Assembly (NCBI GenBank): GCA_031409655.1
Contig: JANNXQ010000107.1
Coordinates: 75,566 to 139,565, forward strand
Reading direction: 5' to 3'
From: Chthoniobacteraceae bacterium
Lineage (GTDB): Bacteria; Verrucomicrobiota; Verrucomicrobiia; Chthoniobacterales; Chthoniobacteraceae
DNA: 64,000 bases
In this document: piece after piece, positions 37,615 to 46,000 of the stretch
How positions within the stretch are numbered: the first letter of the stretch is position 1
How the letters are laid out: the number at the start of each line of letters is the position of its first letter
The notes under the pieces: generated by a model
Database searches by the model: none
Seen by the model: only the letters and a program-made list of their open reading frames with translations
What the model was told of the DNA's origin: nothing
Made by a program: the position numbers and the translations under genes

Positions 37615-38336
37615 CGGGTGAAGTAGCGATGGCTCTCAGCGAATGGGCGAGCTCGAAACATCAAGATCGGGCTTCTCGATTTTCGTGCGGAAGATGACCG
37701 TGTTGTAAAGGTCCAGTTCCTCGGTCCAGATGAACTTCGCGCCTTTGAAATCCGCCTCGAAGTAAGGCTGCTTCGGGTTGATGCGCTCCTCGGTGTATTC
37801 GGTCGAGGTGGACGCCGATCGTCCGCACCGGCACCACCTTCGCGGCGCGGTGGACGCTGGCCTTCCTCGGATGCGCCCCCGCTGCGCGTGTAAACGACAT
37901 TGAGCGACGAACTGGCGAGCATCATGTCTTTCATCGCCGCGAGCAGGACTTCGCGATTCACTCCGCGCGGCGACTGCGTGATCTGCAACGGCGACGAGAG
38001 TGGATAGACGGTGCCCACCATCATGTTGTGCGAGGGCAGGTCGTTGCTTTCCACATAAAGGAACTTTTCATCCCACCGCACGTTCACCTTCGGCGCGAAC
38101 GCCTCGAACGGCACCGCTTGCGACGGTCGGTTCGCCCGCACTGCACGCGCGCCGGTCGCGGCGCAATTCTGCGTAACCGTCCCTTGCTTGAACAGAGGCT
38201 CCGGCGGCTTCAAGGTCCGATCGTAGCTTTGATGCGGGTCGTCGCTCGCGAGGTCGTGCCCGATGGCGGATTCCGAAAGGCCCAGTGAAAAACCGAGCGC
38301 AGTGCGAAGCCGCAGGTGTGGGAGTAGGGGTTTCAT
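37611..38336 (-). pseudogene. Chimeric relic: YHYH N-terminus + PEBP-like C-terminus + copy of the 58192-58953 C-terminus
   Basis: FEAFAPKV...LYVESNDLPSHNMMVG parallels FGAFRPGV...YVESDSMP...MVG of the YHYH protein; TVYPLSS...LLAAMKD is YbhB/YbcL-like; 37667-37803 closely matches 58253-58389 in another frame. Confidence 0.7.
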
Positions 38337-38370
38337 ATCGCTAAGGAGTAAGGGGATTGTCAGCGCACCG

Positions 38371-41300
38371 TCATCGAGTGGCGTCAAAATTGTCAGCGTT
38401 TGGTGAGGTTTCGCGCACCGGCATCGGATGCAGATCCCTTCCCCGGAGCCAAAGGAAGATGACCGGCGTGACGATGAGAATGTGGAGGAGGCTGCTGAGC
38501 ATTCCGCCGATGACGGGCGTGGCGAGGGGCTTCATCACTTCCGAGCCGGTGCGATGACTCCACATGATGGGAAGAAGACTGGCGACGATGGTGGCGACGG
38601 TCATCACTTTTGGGCGCAGGCGCAGGCGCGCGCCTTCTTTCACGGCGGCGATGAGATCCGAGTGGGCGAAGGCTGCGCCGAGTTGCTGGCGCTTTCGCTG
38701 CACGGCTTCTTCGAGATACACGACCATGACCACGGCGGTCTGGATCGCGGTGCCGAACAGCGCGATGTAGCCGACCCACACGGCGACGCTGAAATGCCAG
38801 CCGAGTGCGTATTGCAAAAACACGCCGCCGCTCAGTGCGAAAGGCACGGCGAGGAGGACGTGCGCGGCTTCGCGGGCTTTGCCGTAGAGCAGGTGGAGCA
38901 GCAGGAAGATGATGAAGAGCACGCTGGGCACGATCCACTTCAGCGTCTGCGCGGCGCGGATCTGGTTTTCGTATTCGCCGCTGTATTCGACGGTCATGCC
39001 TTGCGCGGCGAGTTGCGGGGCGATGTCGCGCTGCACGCGCGTCTTCACTTCCTCGACGAAGCTGCCGAGGTCGCGTCCGTTCACGTTCGCCTGCACGTAG
39101 GCGCGGAGGCGGCCGTTCTCGCTCGCGATTTCGTTGGGTCCTTCGACGCGCTGGATGTCTGCGAGCTGGCCGAGGGGGATGACTTTCCCTGGCTTGCCGT
39201 CGGGGCCGGGCGGCGCGGTGACGAGCACGTCCTTCAATCGCGTGAGGTCTTCGCGTTCGCTGCGTTCGAGGCGCACTTGGATCGGGGTGCGATTGCGGCC
39301 CTCGATCGTGGTCGCGACGGTCTTCCCGCCGAGGCCGACTTCCACGACGTCGAGGACATCCTGCGCGCGCATGCCGTAGCGGATCATCGCGTCGCGGTTT
39401 ACGCGGATTTCGAGGTAAGGCTTGCCCTGGATGCGGCTGGGCGCGACGCCGGTGGCTCCCGGGATTTCCTGCACGATGCGCTGCACGTCGAACGCGGCCT
39501 GCTGGAGCTTGCGCAGATCGTCGCCGAGAATTTTTACGCCGAGCTGTGAGCGGATGCCGGTGAAAATCATCAGCACTCGCCCTTCGATGGGTTGCAGGAA
39601 ACCCGGCACGGAGCCTGGAACCTGACGCAGTGCATCCATCATTTCGGCGATGAGCTTTTGCTTCGTCATGCCGAGACGCCACTCGCTCTCGGGCTTCAGC
39701 ATGATCGTCGTCTCGATCATCTCGGTCGGCGCGGGATCGGTCGCGGTGTCGGCGCGGCCGAGTTTGCCGACGGCGGAGCGCACTTCCGGGAAACTCGCGA
39801 GGACTTGATCCTGCCAGGCCATCACGCGCTTCACTTCCGTGAGCGCGGTGGCGGGCACGAGGCTGGGCATGAAGAGCAGGCTGCCTTCATTGAGCGGCGG
39901 CATGAATTCGGTGCCCATGCGCGGGATGAGCGCAAGCGCGGCTGCGAGGATGATCGCTGCCCCGGCGAGCACGGTCTTGCGATGGCTCAATGCGAAATCG
40001 AGCACGGGGTCATACAGCTTCAGGAGGAAGCGCATGACGATGTTGCGCTCCTCGGAACGGAACGGACCGCGCACCAGCCAGGTGCAAAGCACCGGCACGA
40101 TCGTCATCGCGAGCAGCGTGGAGCCGATCATCGCGAAGGTCTTCGTAAACGCGAGCGGGCGGAACATTTTCCCCTCCTGCCCGGTCAGCGCGAACACCGG
40201 CACAAACGCGAGGATGATGATGGCCATCGCGAAGAAGATGGGCCGGCCGACTTGCTTCGCGGCGTGGAGGACGACATCCGGGTAGCACACGCGTCTCGCG
40301 TGTTGGTCGAGGCGTCCCGCCTCGACGGACTTCCCTGCGCTTTCGATATCGGTGGGTGCTTCGTGAGTGTGAACGCATTCGGAAGTTCGCGAAGGCGAGA
40401 CGCCTTCGCCAACACGCGAGACGCGTGTGCTACCCGGAACCCCGCGCTCTGCTTCTTCGCAGCGGCGGATGACATTTTCCGTGAGCACGATGGCCGCATC
40501 CACCAGCACGCCGATGGCGATGGCGATGCCGGCGAGGCTCATGATGTTCGATGTGATGCCGAACTCCCGCATGAGGATGAACGAAATCAAAATGCTCACC
40601 GGCAGCGGCAGCGTGACGATGAGGATGCTGCGGAAGTGGAACAGGAAGATGATGTGCGCAAGCGTCACGAGCAGGATCTCCTCGGTGAGCGCGCGCTTCA
40701 GCGTGCCGATGGTGCGGTCGATGAGTTCGCTGCGATCGTAGAAGGCTTTGATCACCACTCCCGGCGGGAGGCTCGACGAGAGCTGCGCGATCTTTGCCTT
40801 CACGCGCGTGATGACGTCGCGGGCGTTTTCACCCGTGCGCATCACGACGGTGCCGCCGACGACTTCGTGGCCATCCACATCGAGCGTGCCGCGGCGGAAG
40901 TCGCCGCCGAGTTCGATGCGCGCCACGTCTCTCAGGCAGATGGCCGCGCCGTCCTTCTCCATCAGCACGATCTTTCCGAGGTCCTCGGCACTCTCGATCA
41001 AGCCCACGCCGCGCACCACGAACTCCATGCCGCTTTCCTCGATGGTCTTGCCGCCGACGTTTAGATTCGAGCGCCCGACAGCCATCATCACCATGTCCAG
41101 CGACACGCCGACGGCGCGCATTTTCTGCGAGTCCACCTCGATCTGATACTGCCGCACGAAGCCGCCGACGCTGCCGACTTCGGCGACGCCGGGCACGGAG
41201 TTGAGCTGGTAACGGATGAACCAATCCTGCAACGAACGCAGCTCGCCGAGGTCGTAGCCGCGGCCGTTGGGCGACTTTGTCTGATCGACTTCGAGGTAGT

Positions 41301-41724
41301 ATTGATACACCCAGCCGAGGCCGGTGGCGTCGGGTCCGAGCTTGGCGACCACGCCCGCGGGTAGCGCGCCGTCGAGGAAGTTCAGCCGCTCCAGAATGCG
41401 CTGCCGGGCGGCGGAATTCTCGACGTCTTCCTCAAAGATGACCGTGATCAGCGAGAAGCCGAACATGCTCGTCGCGCGCACCGTCTTCACGCCCCCGAGT
41501 CCCTGCAAATTCACCGACAGCGGATACGTGACCTGATCCTCGACCTCCTTCGGACTGCGACCCATCCAGTCGGCGAACACGATGACCTGGTTTTCGCTCA
41601 GGTCCGGGATCGCATCGACGGGCGTGTGCTTGAGCGCGCGGATGCCGAACGCGATCAGGAACAGCGTGGCGCACGCGACGAGGAAACGATTCCTCAGCGA
41701 CCACGTGATGAGGGCGTTGATCAC
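38371..41724 (-). CDS. cusA: Cu(I)/Ag(I) efflux RND permease
   Basis: PVDAIPDLSENQV; Met-triad contexts EGSLLFMP, PAPTEMIET and VLMIFTG; RLRPKVMT; contains a 54-codon insertion. Confidence 0.92.
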   Translation of the reverse strand: MINALITWSLRNRFLVACATLFLIAFGIRALKHTPVDAIPDLSENQVIVFADWMGRSPKEVEDQVTYPLSVNLQGLGGVKTVRATSMFGFSLITVIFEEDVENSAARQRILERLNFLDGALPAGVVAKLGPDATGLGWVYQYYLEVDQTKSPNGRGYDLGELRSLQDWFIRYQLNSVPGVAEVGSVGGFVRQYQIEVDSQKMRAVGVSLDMVMMAVGRSNLNVGGKTIEESGMEFVVRGVGLIESAEDLGKIVLMEKDGAAICLRDVARIELGGDFRRGTLDVDGHEVVGGTVVMRTGENARDVITRVKAKIAQLSSSLPPGVVIKAFYDRSELIDRTIGTLKRALTEEILLVTLAHIIFLFHFRSILIVTLPLPVSILISFILMREFGITSNIMSLAGIAIAIGVLVDAAIVLTENVIRRCEEAERGVPGSTRVSRVGEGVSPSRTSECVHTHEAPTDIESAGKSVEAGRLDQHARRVCYPDVVLHAAKQVGRPIFFAMAIIILAFVPVFALTGQEGKMFRPLAFTKTFAMIGSTLLAMTIVPVLCTWLVRGPFRSEERNIVMRFLLKLYDPVLDFALSHRKTVLAGAAIILAAALALIPRMGTEFMPPLNEGSLLFMPSLVPATALTEVKRVMAWQDQVLASFPEVRSAVGKLGRADTATDPAPTEMIETTIMLKPESEWRLGMTKQKLIAEMMDALRQVPGSVPGFLQPIEGRVLMIFTGIRSQLGVKILGDDLRKLQQAAFDVQRIVQEIPGATGVAPSRIQGKPYLEIRVNRDAMIRYGMRAQDVLDVVEVGLGGKTVATTIEGRNRTPIQVRLERSEREDLTRLKDVLVTAPPGPDGKPGKVIPLGQLADIQRVEGPNEIASENGRLRAYVQANVNGRDLGSFVEEVKTRVQRDIAPQLAAQGMTVEYSGEYENQIRAAQTLKWIVPSVLFIIFLLLHLLYGKAREAAHVLLAVPFALSGGVFLQYALGWHFSVAVWVGYIALFGTAIQTAVVMVVYLEEAVQRKRQQLGAAFAHSDLIAAVKEGARLRLRPKVMTVATIVASLLPIMWSHRTGSEVMKPLATPVIGGMLSSLLHILIVTPVIFLWLRGRDLHPMPVRETSPNADNFDATR
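40277..40438. repeat. 162-bp GTAG-type REPIN-like element with perfect 30-bp inverted repeats, inside cusA
   Basis: TCCGGGTAGCACACGCGTCTCGCGTGTTGG (40277-40306) and its exact reverse complement (40409-40438); internal hairpins. Confidence 0.88.
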
Positions 41725-42938
41725 GGCTTCGCCTCTGCTCCGCCGTCTTGCAGTGCGCTATCGAGCTGCGCCTGCCCGTCGATGAGCATGTTGCCCGATA
41801 GCACGACGCGCTCGCCTTCCTTCAGTCCATCGAGCACTTCCCACAAGGCATCGCCTGCGCGACCGAGTTTCACGACCCGCTGCTCGTAAGCGCCGGGCGC
41901 CTGCTCGACATACACGCGCGGCTGCGCGCCTCGCCACAGCACGGCGCTGCGCGGGATGGTCACGACTTCCGGCGCTTCGAGTTCGACGGTTCCCTCGGCG
42001 AACGTCTTGTTTTTGATGCGACGCTCGGGGTTTTCCAACACCACGCGCACCATTGCCGAGTGATTCATTTCATCGAGCGTCGGGTCGATGGATGCGACGC
42101 GGGCTTTCAGCGTCTGCCCTGGGAGGCTCGGGGTGTTCAAGCTGACGATCTGGCCGACTTTGAGAAAAGGCAGGTCCTGCTCGTAGGCGCTGAACATGAA
42201 CCACATCTTCGTGAAATCCGCGACTTCGAAGAGCCTGTCGCCCTCCTTCACATACTGGCCTTCGCTCACGTAGCTCTTCACGATGGTGCCGGTGAGCGGC
42301 GCGAGGATGCCAAAGTAGAGATCGTCCGGCTGACGCGTGGGGATCGCGTTAATCTGCTCCCACACGAGGCCGTATTGCTCCAGCCGGCGCTTGGCTTGTT
42401 CGAGCGGGGCGCCGCCCTGCTCGATCGCGAGTTTGTAGTCACTGGCCGCGGCCAGCAGCGTGCGGCTAAAGATGGTGACGAGCGGTTGTCTGCGCGTGAC
42501 CTGCTGTCCCGGATGGTTCATCGCGAGTCCGTCGATGCGGCCCTCCACCGGCGCGCTGATGATCCCATGTCGCGACTCGTCTTCGCCGATCATCCCCGCC
42601 ACACGAAGTGTGCGGACGAGCGGCTGTCTTTTCACTTCCGCGGTCTTCACGCCGACGACATTCGGACTCCCGGGTGGCAGCATGACAACGTCGCTCGCAG
42701 CGTGATCAAAGTTCTTCCCGCCCTCGTAAACGGGCACAAGATCCATCCCGCAAACGGTGCATTGCCCCGGCTTGTCCGATTTCACCCACGGGTGCATCGG
42801 ACTCTGGTAGATCAGGATTTTTCGCCCTTCCGTCCCCTCGTCTTTCGATGGAGCGCCAGCCGGATGCCGGAAGTGGAGCGCGCCATACCAGCCGCACGCC
42901 GCGGCGATTGCGGCGATGAGAAAGTAGGCGGGTTTCAT
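41721..42938 (-). CDS. cusB: CusB-type efflux periplasmic adaptor with heavy-metal-binding domain
   Basis: YQSPMHP...PGQCTVCGMDLVP; APLTG; GLKEGERVV; coupled to cusA. Confidence 0.9.
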   Translation of the reverse strand: MKPAYFLIAAIAAACGWYGALHFRHPAGAPSKDEGTEGRKILIYQSPMHPWVKSDKPGQCTVCGMDLVPVYEGGKNFDHAASDVVMLPPGSPNVVGVKTAEVKRQPLVRTLRVAGMIGEDESRHGIISAPVEGRIDGLAMNHPGQQVTRRQPLVTIFSRTLLAAASDYKLAIEQGGAPLEQAKRRLEQYGLVWEQINAIPTRQPDDLYFGILAPLTGTIVKSYVSEGQYVKEGDRLFEVADFTKMWFMFSAYEQDLPFLKVGQIVSLNTPSLPGQTLKARVASIDPTLDEMNHSAMVRVVLENPERRIKNKTFAEGTVELEAPEVVTIPRSAVLWRGAQPRVYVEQAPGAYEQRVVKLGRAGDALWEVLDGLKEGERVVLSGNMLIDGQAQLDSALQDGGAEAKP

Positions 42939-43000
42939 GAATCAGAATTACCGCGCCATTCTTAAGCACGGGCCGAGGCGTGCAACGCCATTCGGGTGGC

Positions 43001-46000
43001 TTACGGAATCGTGGGGATTGTCACGCGGTAAAAACCCCGTGCCTGTCCGAGTCGCGTGGGATCCGTCTCGATGAAGGTCGCCGAACTGCCATCGCTGGTC
43101 ACCGATCCAATATCCGTCCAGCTTCCGGTCGTCATATTCGGGGAATACTGGAGGGTGTAAGTCGTCCCGGGCGTGGCTTTGAAGTCGAGTTGGATCAGGC
43201 TGTTGTCACCCGTGCGGGTGAAGCTCGCGATGGCGAGATCCTCGATGGCGTTGTTGACCACGAGGAACTGTCCCATCAGTCCCTCGTCCTCGTGGTTGGA
43301 GAAGTGGCAGTGATACATGAAGGGATTGGTGTTGCTGGCGAAGCCGTCGAACTTTGCAATGAAGGTTACGGTTTGAAGCCGCCCAATGAACAAGGTATCC
43401 TTCCAGCCCGCCTCAAAAGCCTTGAGGCCAGTATTGCTCCCACCAGTCCGCCCGGTCATGTGGAATTGAATGTCGTGGATGTGAAACGAGTGACTGAAGG
43501 CCGAGTTATTCGTGATCGTCCATCGCTCGACCGCGTCGAGGTTCAGTGTCTGATTGATGACCGAGGGCGAGAATGGGAGGTTGTCGAATCCCCAATCCGT
43601 GGCGCCGTTGAAGCCTCCGGTGATTTGCAGTGCGCGATCGTTGGTCACATCGGTGCCGGTCCAAAACGCATTGGTCTTGAGGGTCGTGGGCCGGGTCGTC
43701 ACGGGATTCGCGGTCGCCGGGCCTACGTTGATGCGGAGGATGCTGAAGGTCGTATTGTTTAACTGACTGCCAAACTGCCCGACCGTGGTTGGCTCGCTGC
43801 CGGGGAAGTCCACGGTCTGGCCTGAATTGAAGGCCTGTAAGTCCAGCGTCGATCCCTCGGTCGCTCCGGTGAGATCGACGAGAATCTCCGCTCGTTCACC
43901 GACCGCGAGCACCAGGCGCGTCAGCGGAATCGGTGCGTTCACGAGCCCGCCATCCGTTGCGATCTGATAGAAAGTGCGGCCATCGCTGAAGCCGAGGTTG
44001 TAGCTGCGCTCGATCTCGGCGTTCAAAATCCGCAACCGGACATATTGCCGCGGCAGGGTGACCTGCGGGTTCATCGTTCCATTGACCACCATGTAGTCGC
44101 CGTAGGCCGAGTTGGCGGTGGCAAACTGATTGGTATTTCCGCCCGCTGTCAAAAAGCGGCGGCTGGTGAGGGCGAGCGGAATGTCGTCCACCCCATAGGT
44201 GCGTGGAAGGCTGAGCGCGGCCTCCTCTGGATCACGGATGATGATCAGGCCGCCGCCGCCGCGCGTGAGCTGCTGCTGCGTGAACTCATGCAGATGCGGA
44301 TGATACCAGTAGAGGCCGGGATTATTATCCACCTTGAAGCTCGGCCTCCAGGTGGTGCCAGCGGGGATCGTCTGGTGCGGACCACCGTCCATGATCGCGG
44401 GGATGTGAAATCCGTGCCAGTGCGTGGTCGTGGTGTCGGCTAGGTTGTTGGTGACATTCATCTGCACCCAGTCGCCCTTGTCCATGATGAGCGTCGGACC
44501 CCAGAACAGCATGTTGTTGTAGGCGTAGGTGTTTGTGGCCACGCCGGGGAGGAACTGCTTTGTCGCGGTGTGCAGATTCAGATCGAACGTGGTGCCGGTC
44601 ATCACCTCGGGGATGATGAGCGGGTTGTAGGTCTGCGCAGCGGTGAGCGTGACGAGGACGGGTGCAGTAGTCTTTACATTGCCCGCGCCGTCGTAGGCTA
44701 CGGCAGTAATGCCATTCGTGCCGAAGCCGAGCGGCACGGTGATGTTCCAGTTCGCGAAGCCATTCACGGTGCTCGCGGTGACGCCGTTTACGGTCATTTT
44801 GCTGATGCCCGAGATCGCGTCGGAACTGGTGCCGGTAACGGTGATCGTATTTGTGGCCGTCGAGGTGCCCGATGCCGGCGAAGTGATCGCGACGAGCGGC
44901 GCGCCGGTGTCCTGCGTGCTGGAGACGATGTTGCTGTAGAGCGACGAGCCGATGTTGTTCATGGCGAGGGCGCGATAGTAATACGTCACGCCGTTCGCGA
45001 GATTCGCGAAACTCCCGGTCGGGTTCGTGACGGTCTGCGACGCGAGCACCGTTCGGAAATCCGCAGTCGCCGAGATCTGCAGGGTGTAGCTTGTCGCCCC
45101 GGTCACGGCACTCCACGCGATCGTCTTCGACGCGCCCTGGCTGTAGGCCGGAAGCGCGGCGAGCACGGGCATAGCCGGCGGCGTACTGGAGTTCACCGTG
45201 AGGTTGACGGCGCGAGTGGTGTTTCCCGCGCCACTCGTGCTGTTGTTGAAGGTGATGGTGTCACTGTAGCCGCCGACGGCGAGTGTGTTGGCCGCTGCAT
45301 TGATGCTGGCGGCGACGGTGGTGTTCGCACCCGCAGCGAGCGAGCCGCTGGTGCTGGAAAGGCTCAGCCACGACTGCGTTTTGCCCGCGATCCAGCTCAT
45401 CGTGCCCGTGCCGTTATTGGTGAGCGTGTAGGTGATGCTCGATGGCGTGAAGGTCCCACTGCCTGCCGCGCCCGCAGCGGAAAGCGTTGTCGCTGGCGTG
45501 ACCGCAAGCACCGGCGCGGCGGTGCCGACCGTGTAGCTGCCGCTGGCCGTCGTGGTGCCGCCGAGGCTGTCCGTCGCGGTGATCGTGTAGCTCACGTTTG
45601 CGCCGGCGGATTGGAGCGGGATCGTCGCGCCATACACGCCATCGCCTGCCGCCCCATCGCCGTGCAATCCATCATCAAACATGGTGACGCTCTGCGGTGC
45701 CGCGCCCGTCGTGAGCGTCAGGCTGATGTCGTCGATGTCACACGTCGGGTTTCGCGCGGGCTGCGTGGCCGTGCTGCCGCTCCATTGGAAGCGGAACTTC
45801 AAAGTCGAAGTCAGCTCACCAGCGCCAAAGTCATAGTGCTTCGACTGAAAGCCGTGATTGATCGAAGCTAGCGTCACACCGCTCGCCGATACGAAGTTCG
45901 CCGTGCTCAGCGTGAAGGACACGTTTGGATTGATCGCCGTGATGGTGATGTTGGCGTTGAAATAGTTCGCCAGCACGGTGATCGCCGCCGAATTGGTGGC

